The notes beneath the pieces are model-generated. The model saw nothing but the letters and a program-made list of their open reading frames with translations, was not told the DNA's origin and searched no databases. Made by a program: the position numbers and the translations under genes. Shown here one piece after another: positions 49,054 to 59,640 of a DNA stretch of 64,000 bases. Within the stretch, counting starts at the first letter, position 1, and every line of letters begins with the position of its first letter. The stretch is from Blasia pusilla (Eukaryota): assembly GCA_050084515.1 (NCBI GenBank), contig CM114271.1, positions 12,958,001 through 13,022,000 on the forward strand. Reading direction: 5' to 3'.

Positions 49054-51131
49054 TGTCACATCTTTTAGGATAGATCTGTGAGATCTAATAGAGCACGTTC
49101 GCGAGTAGTGGAGGAGAGACTCAAGAGGTTGAGGATGACCTACTAAGGCCCCGGGAAACCTGAGAGAACACGTTTCCTCTTCATTTCGGCTCATTTGGAG
49201 CCATATTGAGGAACTTAGTGTTTTTAGGTAAGTACCATTTTGAGTATATGATCAACTTTCTATTTGTGCTTAGTGGCTGTTGACCTCTTACATCAGGTCA
49301 AGAGCCAAGGAGGTGAGTTGGGAGCATAGGTTACCATGGAGAGAGCTTGGGAGATGGGAGGGGTATACCTCAAGGAGAGAGAGGTTGAGAGCTCATTCTT
49401 TCTTTGTTGAATCTCTAGGCACAAGGCGGAAAACTATGGTCCCTTGCCCTGTGAGTGTAATCCAAGCCTCTCATTAGGAGAGTGGGTTTGGTTTGACATT
49501 GAGAAAGACATGTGAGAGTGCACATATGTGAGAACTATGGTGTTGTGAGAGAGATTGGATCTTATTTTACAAAGAGAGAATAAGTGAGTGAGAAAGCTTC
49601 ATGAGGGAGCTCGCTAGTTGCTTGATGTTTTGTGCAGGTTGGGGGACCGTGTTCCCCACTTCATGGCTCATGGGAGTGCTCACTAGAACAAGAGTAGTGC
49701 GAGTTTACTGTTTTGATTTTTTGTATGGGAGAGTGGCACGCGGAAGCGCTGCCTAATTTTCAATAGGAATTGAGTATCGGGGTGGATTTCTCCATGCCAA
49801 TGCTCTCCAGAACACCATGAAGCTTGCTGATTTGTGTTCTCATAGGTTTTATTTTTCTTGGGAGAAATCAGTGCGGAAGCGTGGGAGAAAGAAACGTTGA
49901 GCTTTACGATAATCCCTGTCAGTTCTTACATGAATTTTTTATTCAAAATATTTTCTAATGCCAACGTAGATCGTGAAGCTGTGCACGCTATGCAACAAAC
50001 AGTGCGCAATTTGGAGTTGTGAGCAAAAAGTTATGGTCAATCTTGCAAAGCTTCCATTGCTAGGCGATTTTTAGGGTTAAATTGCTTAAACCCTAAACCA
50101 GCCGCCGCGCCGGCGGTTGCTGTCACCGTCATAGTCACCGTCAATGGTCCGCCATCAATGGTCAACCGTCACCGTCAATGGTCCATAATCCACCGTCCAC
50201 CGTTGGCCGCCGCCGCGTAGCGCTGCTCAGAGCCGCGTTTGGTTGTTGTCCACCCTTGGTTGCCATTGCCGCCATTACGGAGTGGAGGGTCTTCTACGAC
50301 GACCGTTGATTCTCTTATTTGCACCGCCACCATATACTTTGGTTTGGCCGCCACCGTCATTGCAATTTCGTCATCAACCAATAATAGCAGGTGATCTCGG
50401 CTTATGGTGTTTGATTTTTCATCATGTTGCTATGTTGTGATTGGTAGCCGCTCGACGACGATCGAGTATTGTGCCGTGACGCCCGTAGACGCAATGCACC
50501 TCTGATTGCCATGTCGTGCCGCTTGTGGTCATATCGCATTGTCTCGATCACGAAGCCGCTCCTTCACTAAGGAGCAGAGCGTGTGAATTGCTGATTGAGG
50601 AGGGTATGCCGCCGAGTGCCGCACCCCATTCTTGAGTGCCGTGTTGTTTGTAGTTGTTTCGTGCCGCCAGTGTCGTACCGGACCGTTGAACCTGCACCGC
50701 ACATCGAGGAGGTTTGAGCAACGTCACTACGAGAGGAGTAAGACTTACTGATTGGAGGAGTTGTCTTCACGACCAAGTTAGGGTCAAGATTTGCAGTTGC
50801 CGAGTTTGGGTCGGATATTTGCAGTTGTTAGGTTACCCATTCTGGTCTATTACCCTACACGTGTGAGGGATTTCCAGGTATTGGGAAGTTATTTGGGATA
50901 CTGCGTTTCGTGCTGGTGCTAGGAGCATCGATGATGCATGGGTTTAGAGGACATAGACCTATGTGGGATGTCCACAGTTGAGGATGGTTTGTTGATGAGA
51001 CGATAGATCAATTGATTTGCCGCACCACGCTTCTTGTTGTCGCACAACACACGTCTCAGTGAGAGAATGTAGGTTGAGTGCCGCATGTTTAGTTTGAGTG
51101 ATTGAGGGATTACTTGCAAGATTGAGAGTGA

Positions 51132-52100
51132 TTGTGTGAGAGGGGCACGAGGGCCATCACGGCGTTCTTCCAGGATTTTGAGAGGCGAGGTAGTGAACCT
51201 GAGAGTAGCTCTGGAGGGTTTACCCGGAGTGGTGCGAGGTTTCGAGGGTCTCCACGTGGGAGACCACCTCGATCTCCTTTTGTGTCGTCTTCAGACGAGG
51301 GGCAGCATGTAGAGGAGTGTGTTAGTGATCCACCGTACACATTGAGTGGTCCCACCAGTTGGGCGTACGAGATGGACGATCGGGGTAGAGGACCGCATAG
51401 GTTTTCAAGTGTTGTAGGCACTATAGAGCTACACGACTTCATTGCGGAGTTTAGGAGTTGGTGTGACTCGTATCGGGCTAGAAACTCTAGAGAGTTCAAC
51501 CCAATTACAGCATGGAACGGTATGTTCCAGCATTTTAAGGGGGCGCCCATGGATGATTACCATGAGTTCTCCCACAGATATGCCCAGGAGATTGAGGCAT
51601 GGCAACTCTACTATGACCCACACTATGTGTCATGGACGGGGCTGTTCCCAGATGAGGAGGAGGAGTCAGGAGAGGCTACTTCCTCTTCCACTAGTGATGT
51701 TTTAGGAGGGGTCACTCGCACTCGAGTAGTTGCACCATCTAGTCGGGTTCGTCCCAAGTTCAACCTCGTGGTTGAGTTCTTTGTTGAGTTGAGGGCGAGC
51801 TACCAAGGGGTATGGATGGAGAAGTTGCAAAGCATCCACGACTTTCAGAGGCGCCCACGTGAGAGTTTGAGTGAGACTTACACTCGCTTGCGCCGGTTGA
51901 TCAATGTCACTCAGGTGGTGACAGAAACTCAAGCTATCCAGTCATGGTACGCGATGTTATATCGGACCATGCGGACACGGGTGCGGGAGGGGGTCATGGA
52001 CGTGTGCTTCAGTATGGAGGAGGAGATGGTGTTGCACTAGGAGGTTATCAGTGTCACTATTGTCAGAGGTATGGTCATTCACCCGCCATGTGTTTCAGTT
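51132..52100 (+). pseudogene. Gypsy gag
   Basis: 302-aa ORF with FQRRPRESLSETYTRLRRLI (retrotransposon gag-like), followed by the knuckle CHYCQRYGHSPAMC at ~52052-52093. Confidence 0.8.
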
Positions 52101-52989
52101 TACACCCTGAGTTACGTCCGGACCAAGGGCCACAGAGGGCACCAGAGCAAGTAGTCGGTTCGGGTGGGCCTAGAGATTGTGCACCAGGTGGTCTCGTTGG
52201 GGGACAAAGAGCTGGAGTTGCCCAACAGGGTGGTGAAGCTGCCCGTGGAGGAGGTAGAGTCCCACCACCTAGACGCGTCGAGGGAGATGTCGGGCGTGAG
52301 GTTGGGATGGCTGCTCAGATACAACAGCTACAACAGCTATAGGAGCAGATTGCCGTTATGGCATTGAGGTTACCCGATGTCCGATCTGTGACATCGACAT
52401 CATATAGAGCAGCCAGAGATATTGAGGATTCTGCTTGGATGTGCGGGGTTGCCCAAATGGAGGCCGCCGCAATTATGATGCGTGGAGCAACCGCAGAGTT
52501 GGATCCACAGCGAGGGGAAGCCAAGAAACAGGCTAGGCTTCCTCAATCTTTCACGTTGTCCGAGGAGATGAGGACCCCATTGATGGGTCTTGATCAAAGT
52601 TCCCGAAGAGTTGGTGATGTTATTGGTGTGAAGGCACGGAGGCCAATGGGAGAAACAAGTGCGAAGACTCTTATTTTAAATGCTTTGGAGTAGCATGTGT
52701 TGAGTACGATGTTGGGAGCGGCCACGATGGTGTACCGTGCTCCGCTGTTTTCTGCTTCCAATGTTATGACATTGGGAGGTATGCCTGCCGAGGTGTTTTG
52801 GCTGGCCGCTACACTATGTGAGCATGGAGTTGATGTTCTTGCATCACGTTCAGAAGTGATTGCAGAGGAGGTGATGGACATACCCTTGGAGCACATGCTC
52901 GGGCCATGCACGTCAGATTCATGGCAAGTTGCGATTGATGGCGGAGATGTAGGCTAGACCCATGATAGAGCATGCCATAGCTTCTCTTG

Positions 52990-53400
52990 GTGTTGTGTTG
53001 CTGGATAACCGGGGAGAGGTCTTCTAGTTGGTGAGTCTAGAAGGTAGAGCTTTTAGTTTGCAGTGCGTCTTGTTGGATTCAAGAGCGCAACCCCTGATGT
53101 TGGGGAAAGCGTCATTCAGAGGATTGGGCTTGACGAGAGCCAATATGGAGCGTTGTCCATTCCGGATATAGACATCCTTGGATGGAGCGAGTACCACACA
53201 GTATATCACCCAACAAAAGCTCGTGGTGAGGATTCGCTTGGGACATCCTACACATGAGTCTGTGGTGCGAGCCAAGGCGATAGTGACTAATGAAGAGTCC
53301 TACGACGTCTTGGTTGGTGGAGCAGTGTTATATCCGATGGGGTTTTGCCTGGATTACTGGGAGGAGTCAACGTCCTCTAGACCAGGATGGCATTCAGATG
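52990..53400 (+). pseudogene. Gypsy aspartic protease
   Basis: LLDSRAQPLMLG (degenerate DSG) ..YDVLVGGAVLYPMGF. Confidence 0.75.
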
Positions 53401-53680
53401 ATGAGCACTATAGCTCATTACTCGTTCGATTCACAAGTGTAGTGATCGAGCAACAGCCAAGAGAGATGACGACCTTAGCAACATTTAGCAGTGCCATGAC
53501 TTGGCCTATTGATTTGATTGAGGGACATATCCATGCAGAGGATACTCCCATTCTTGACATGTCTAAGGAGAGGAGTATTATGGTAACCGCATCATTCCCT
53601 GGAGGAGAGGTGCTGCTGTGGGGCTAGAGTTAGGAGCTTCGTTGTTTATCTGATGAGCATGTGCAGACAGTGTGGAACAA

Positions 53681-54530
53681 TACCTACACGTTGAGATTGA
53701 TAATGTTGCGGGGAGCACTTCACTTTACCATATGGCGCACTTACACCTCTATTTTCCCGACTTGTTGTCTCCGTCCGCCATTCAAGGTTACCAGAGTTCC
53801 CTACCGAGGGACATTTCATTGTTGGGGGCGTAGGACTTGGAGCAGGTAGGGCCCATACACGTGGTCATTGCTGGTCGGCCATGTTAGGGCCAATCAAGTG
53901 CTAGACGAGGTAGCAAATTAGCTGACTCTCGGTCTAGGTTGTTTTGGGAGATGATGCGGATCTTGCGAGCATCAGTCTCGTCCTCCAACATACATACTGG
54001 AGAATGTACCAATTTTGAGCGATTCAAGATTCCGTGTAGTGACGAGTGCACATCAGGTGCATGGATGGATCAGCCCGGAAGTTTTGTTGGATGCGGCGCG
54101 TGTGGGTTCACGAGCACATCGTCCGCGTCCTTGGTGGACCATCTTGGTACCACACGAGGTGTTGCGGAGGGCATATGCAAGAGTGGAGTGCCCCTCCGAT
54201 TTGTTGGTGGATTCTATTCTAGATCCAGGTCGTCAATCATAGGTAGTGAGGCACGATGACCCACCGCCGTTGATTGTGGTCAACAGAATTGGCATGCCAC
54301 GGGCAGCCTTTCCCACATTTGTGAGTTTTCCTGCTTCCTTTACATACAAGGAAGCCAAACTTGGCTTGGTTTGGGATGACCAGGTATAGAGATTAGTGGA
54401 GCCCAACGTCGATGAACGAGACCAAGCGATGGGATTTCCCACAGGAGTGACGGCAGAACCGTCACTATTAGAGGCATCATGACATCATGTCTCAAGTAAG
54501 GCGATGGACCTGAATTGCTTCACATGGATT
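53681..54530 (+). pseudogene. DNMT3-like C5 cytosine methyltransferase domain inside pol
   Basis: YLHVEID..A (II), LPRDI (III), VVIAGRPC*GQS..LADSRSRLFWE (IV/V, Cys at 53882-53884), YILENV (VI, ENV at 54000-54008), DAA..GSRAHRPRPWWT (VIII), EPNVDERDQAMGFPTGVT (IX), KAMDL (X). Motif I absent. Confidence 0.9.
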
Positions 54531-54869
54531 TTTAGTTTAGCAATAGCTGAGCAGCATCGTTGGAGGATGTGACATATCACAGTTGTTGAGTTGGTGAGCC
54601 CCATGCCTACCAAGACGGTTGGGGCAGTGGCTCATGGCGAGACTTGAGGAGATCGACACACCAGGGATGATCGAGAGAGACATCCTTGGACTTCTTGGGA
54701 TAATTTGCAGGTACGCCAGGAGATGATAGCCACAACATTGAGCATGGTTCCGAGTACTACACGTGGAGATGAGAGTTCTATTGTCCGAGACGGGGTTGCA
54801 CCATAGCAACTACCGACATCCGCACCGGAGAGTCCTACCGTAGTCACAATAGAGACTTGGGAGCCAGAT

Positions 54870-56280
54870 ATGGGCCCTAAGTTGACAAGAGGAGAGCAGC
54901 ACTAGATACACCAGTTACTTAGGAGTTATAGGAGTTGTTTTGCATTTAGTATGCATGATTTGGGTACGCTGAAGGGTCCATGGATCCGCATTGAGTTGTC
55001 GAGTTACACGATGATCTTCCGACGACCCTAGAGGTAGAGGGATATGGAGAGGGCTCTGATTCAGAGTAGGAGCCGAGACTTGGTTGACATAGGACTAGTG
55101 GAGATGTCACATGGAGAGTATGCATCTGCCACTTTCATGCCCGCCAAGAAGGATGTGCATGGCAACTGGACGGATAGGCGGATGTTGAAGATTACCGACT
55201 TATCAATCAGGAGACAAAGTCCGATAGGTATGCCATGCCCACTCTTGAGGAGATCTTTGATGGTATTGGGCATGCAAAGGTCTTCAGTTTATTAGATCTT
55301 TGAGCCGGATACCATCTACTGCCTATCAGATTGGAGGACAGGCAGAAGACTACATTGGGGACATCGATCCCCACGGGAAGGATTGCTTGTACCAGTGGCG
55401 GTTCTTATTATTTGGGTTAAAGAACGCCCCGGCTGAGTTTCAGAGGGTCATGGATAGGAACTTGGCAGGTCAGATTTTGCTAGGTGTTATATTGATGATA
55501 TCGTAGTCTTAAGCGCCACAGTTGAGGAGCATGAGTGACATCTAAAGGAGGTGTTTCGACGATTGCATTTACATGGGCTGAAGCTACATCCAGGCAAGTG
55601 CAAGTTCTTCTACAACCTGGTTGAGTACCCCAGTCATACGATATACCCAAGGGGTCTTGGTGTGCAGCAGAAGAAGGTAGAGGCTATTTCACGCATTCCG
55701 CGCCCTACAGATGTGAGTCGAGTTCGTGCATTCATTGGATTGGCGAACTTCTATCGACGATACGTCAAGGATTTTATCTCGATTGCAAAGCCGCTGACCT
55801 TGGTGACAAAGGTGGATCAAGAGTGGCACTGGGGGGATGAGCAGGAGAGAGCATTTTAGATGCTCAATGATAGATTGACATCCGCGCCCATATTCATGAG
55901 ACCAATCAGGGGGCGTCCTTTCTAGTTGCATACCAATTGGAGCATGTTGGGGCTTGGAGCCGTACTCACCCAGCATGATAATGATGGTAGAGAGTTCATG
56001 GTGGCTTACGCTAGTTGCTCGAACAACACTGCAAAGGCGAAGTATAGGTCGTATGAGGGTGAGTGCTTGGCTGCAGTGTGGGCTGTCGCACATTTTAGAT
56101 GTTATCTATTCGGCAATCCCTTTACCATCATTATTGATCATCAGTCACTTAAGTGGTTGATGGAGTCCGACAAACTTACAACGAAGCTTGCAAGGTGGGC
56201 TCTTTTGTTGCAAGAGTATGACTTCTAGGTGGTGCATAGACCTGGGACGCTCAACCAGGATGCAGATGGTTTGAGCCATA
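54870..56280 (+). pseudogene. Gypsy reverse transcriptase and RNase H
   Basis: YASAT..KKD..RRM, DRYAMP, FSLLDL*AGYH, FGLKNAPAEFQRVMD, YIDDI, KCKF, VRAFIGLANFYRRYV, GLGAVLTQ, ECLAAVWAVAHFRCYL, IDHQSL, LARWAL, DADGLS. Confidence 0.95.
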
Positions 56281-56659
56281 ACCCATGCCCGAGTCAGCGA
56301 GATATGATAGGAGCTCGTTGGCATGGTGAGAGTGAGGAGGAGTTGGTGTCATGTTGTCATGCGTCAGCCTATTTGGGCTTGTTGGGTATGGAGAGCCAGA
56401 TTTCTGAGACTTCGATGGCGAAATCTGATGGAGAGTCCTTAGATCCACAGCCCGATGAGGACACGATAGTTGGCCGAGACATTCATGATGATAGAGTGGT
56501 CTTGGAGTACCTGCGTACGAGTAGCGTTGCAAACACAGTGGATGCTAGAGAGCAGGATCGGATCCTACAGCGAGCCATACAGTTCTGGTGGGAGGGGACA
56601 CATATGTTGGGAGTGTGGGAGGATGGTAGAGTGCGTGTAGTGCCTCATCCTTTGTAGAG

Positions 56660-57730
56660 AGCACGTTTGGTACGTCATACCCATGAGGAGTTGGGCCATT
56701 TTGGAGTGAAGCAGAGGTACAACTTGCTCTAGATTTCAGTATTGGTGGCGAGGCATGCAGACTGACGTTCAGCAATTTGTTGTTAGATGCATGGTTTGTG
56801 ATCGAGTCCGAGCATCGTTCAATGCTCCGACTCCACGGTTGCATCCACTTCCGATCATGGGTTTAGGTTATAGATGGAGTTTGCATTTTGCAAGACCTTC
56901 TCCTTTGACAGAGCACCATAGTCATTATGTGTTGGTGATGATCGAGCACTTCTCGACGTGGATAGAGTTGGTTTCATTGCCTAAAAAAGCAAGTGAGGGA
57001 GTAGCGTATGCCTTCCTAGATCGAGTTTGAGTCATTACGGCGCACCAGCTGAGGTGTTGACAGATCTAGGTACATAGTTCCGAGGGGAGTTTCAGGCCTT
57101 GTGTGATCAGGCACTGATCGACCACCGCACTACTTCGCGAGATCATCTTGAGGCAGATGGACTAGAGGAGCAGGTTGTGCAGACGCTGAAGAGAGGACTA
57201 CGCAAGTATGGCTTGCAGAGAGGTCACCTAGGAGATTGGGACCTTTAGTTTCCGTGGTTGGCGATTGGATACAGATTCAGCAGGCAAGCATCCTTAGCGT
57301 CTTTCTCACCGTTCTTGCTTTTGTATGGCCCAGAGCCAGATTTACCTGCGGCGATTCGTCGAGATGTTGATGAGGTGTTGAACCTTGATGACCTTGATGT
57401 ATGGATGCAAGCATGTTCTTAGAGGGCTGAATTTTTTCGGAGAGTGATGCCCATGGTGTTTGAGAACTTGGCGATTACACAGCATCAGGATACATTGAGG
57501 TATGCGATTATTCAGGGGGGTGGTTATCGACCTACTATCCAGACGTTCCATCAGAGAGATTATGTCTGCTTGCAGTAGACGGCATCCACGACGTTGGATG
57601 TGACTGCAGGGCGCACCATCTTGAGAGTGCGTGAGGTTTTGCCATCAGGTTTTCTCTTATTGGAGGGATGCGATGGTATGGTTTGGAAGGACCATGTGCG
57701 TAACTTTGCGCCGTGTCACCTTCCGAACAT
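56660..57730 (+). pseudogene. Gypsy integrase
   Basis: HEELGH..CMVC zinc domain, VLVMIEHFSTWIE, YGAPAEVLTD..F, EADGLEEQVVQTLK, SPFLLLYG. Confidence 0.92.
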
Positions 57731-57779
57731 TGACGATATAGTTGATCGGAGCTTAGCACTAGTTCCTACATGCTTGCGA

Positions 57780-57914
57780 TGTATATTGTGCGGTTCCGCC
57801 CATGGTGCAGCCACTATGCTAGTCTATGATGGATGTTTGAGAGGATGCCATATGGCATGCTTGACGCCACCTCTCACTAGGGTTCCTCAGGGACAACGGA
57901 TGTGTCCCAAATGT
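57780..57914 (+). other. PHD finger at the integrase C-terminus
   Basis: CILC..MLVYDGCLRGCHMACLTPPLTRVPQGQRMCPKC: C4HC3 spacing with the third Cys changed to Tyr and the conserved Trp to Arg, both single transitions. Confidence 0.9.
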
Positions 57915-58208
57915 ACATTGGGTAGGTAGTTCTACATTCTGACGTGTGTCTATGACATGGATGACAAGAAAGTGACTAACGATGGGGCCACATGAGTACC
58001 CGGCCTTCTTGCTCTTAGTGTCCGAGAAATGTATGTCATGGTAGATAGGGATACATGGCTATCTGGAATTAGAGGGACCTAACCACCAGCTAAGGGGGCA
58101 ATTGGAGATATTTCGGTACTTCTTGTCTTGTTGTTTGGATCATGCTTGTTTGTGTGTGTATTTGGTGACAGCGATGTGTGTTTTATAGCGATGTGTATGC
58201 GCACGACA

Positions 58209-58710
58209 TCCTAAACCCTAGGCAAAAAACCCTAAACCCTAACCCCTAAGCAATAAACCCTAAATTCTAGGAAAAAAACCTTGAAACCTAACCCCTAAGC
58301 CAAAAACCCTAAAGCCTAAGACAACACCCTTAAACCCTAACTCCTACAAGAAAAACCCTAAATCCTAGGCCAACAACCCTATACCCTAATCCTTAAACAA
58401 AAAATCCTAAATCCTAAGCCAAAAACCCTAAACCCTAACCGCTTAGACAAAAACCCTTGGCCAAAAATCCTTAACCCTAAGCCAAACACCCTAAACCCTA
58501 GAACTTAAGCAATTAACCCTAAACCTTAAACCCTAGGCCAAAAACTCTATACCGTAGCCCCTAGGCCAAAATCCCTAAGCCCTACGCAAAAAGCTATAAA
58601 CCCTAAGCCAAACACCCTTAACCCTAGAACCTTAGCAATAAACCCTAAACCCTACAATGTAAGCCAAAAACCTAAACCCTAAACCCTAGGCCCTAAGCCC
58701 TAAACCCTAA
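58209..58710 (+). repeat. Degenerate plant telomere-like (CCCTAAA)n array, right part
   Basis: Repeated AAACCCTAAACCCTAGGCCAAAA-type units, continuing the array interrupted at 49053. Confidence 0.93.
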
Positions 58711-58841
58711 GGCATAAACATGGTTGACAAAGAGGGTAAAACCTAAGTTGTACTCCCATTACTCTATGTCCTACTATGCTAAAAATCATAGTAGAATAGA
58801 ACTGGGTTTTCTAAAACATCACATTTTTCGAAATCGGTGTT

Positions 58842-59058
58842 GAGGATAATGAGTCATGTATTGCGATCGCGAAGAATCTTGCTCATAATGGTCGCACCAA
58901 ACATTTTGATATTCAACACCACTTCTTGAGGAAATGCGTAGAGAAAGAAGAAGTGGAACTCAAATATTATCCAACTAAGAAAATGATCTTGACAAAACCA
59001 TTAGCTAAAGTAAGGTTTATTGCTTATAGAAATATGGGGCTTGCACGCATGGCATAAT
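58842..59058 (+). pseudogene. Copia B RNase H, C-terminal part
   Basis: EDNESCIAIAKN..HNGRTKHFDIQHHFLR..V..LKY.PT..LTKPL..F; continues the frame broken at 28968. Confidence 0.93.
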
Positions 59059-59471
59059 GGATGAATTTTTTATTTTTCTAAGACAAAAAAATATCATCTT
59101 ATGATTCAAAAAAAATCGTGAGATGGAAGCTCTAAATTATCTTTTTGATAGATTGCAAAAGATTGTATTTTCATTAACAACCAATTCCCAATCCTATTAT
59201 GGTTAGGAACTTGGAACTAAAAGAAGTGTGTTTAATAAATTTAGGGGGTAGCTTTATTATGGAGTGGGGAATTGTGGGAGTAACTTGTTTTCCATAGGCC
59301 CATGCCATATATAGTTATAAGTTAGTGGGGTTGGTGACTATGAAGGCAATTTTAGGGAGAGGAGGATTTGGCAACACCCCTTTCTTTACTTATGCTTCTT
59401 CATTAGGGATATCAATAGAACGAAGGACTAGAGGAAGTCTAATAAAGATGAATTGCCTTTCCATGTAGGAG

Positions 59472-59640
59472 TGTTAAAATAAAGAAAGACTTATAAATCC
59501 ATAAGGAATGCATTGTATTTAGGTTCACTCCAATTATACCGGCATAGATTTGAAACCATAAGTCTAGTAACGATCACTTCTTACTCTTAAAGAGAATTCT
59601 TTTCATAAGATGCCTCTTCTTAAGTGTGTTAAAATTAACA
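59472..59640 (+). repeat. Candidate 3' LTR of Copia B
   Basis: TGTTAA...TTAACA inverted ends preceded by a short purine run (AGGAG), downstream of RNase H; no partner LTR in the window. Confidence 0.4.

Larger units (their letters stand above)
49054..58208 (+). mobile_element. Ty3/Gypsy retrotransposon carrying a cytosine methyltransferase and a PHD finger; decayed
   Basis: Begins TGTC, ends GACA, flanks CCCT/TCCT. Domain order gag-PR-MTase-RT-RH-IN-PHD. A matching LTR pair could not be recognised. Confidence 0.88.
28969..58841 (+). mobile_element. Giant TIR DNA transposon (Sola-like), ~29.9 kb including a nested ~9.2-kb Gypsy
   Basis: Left end AACACCAATTTTG; right end reverse-complemented AACACCGATTTCG (11/13). 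Flanked by GAGG/GAGG (or TGAGGA/TGAGGA with a 12-bp TIR). Removal restores the Copia RNase H frame ATT CAT GAG GAT AAT GAG (IHEDNE). Contains a DDD transposase. Confidence 0.88.

Noticed and set aside
48778-58710. True chromosome end or Polinton/Maverick element
   Set aside because: The repeats are degenerate and internal; no protein-primed polymerase, capsid or packaging ATPase was seen.
58741-58755. CCTAAGTTGTACTC as a GAG-starting Sola2-type TIR
   Set aside because: No partner at the left end; the termini at 28969/58841 are supported by TIR, TSD and the restored Copia frame.
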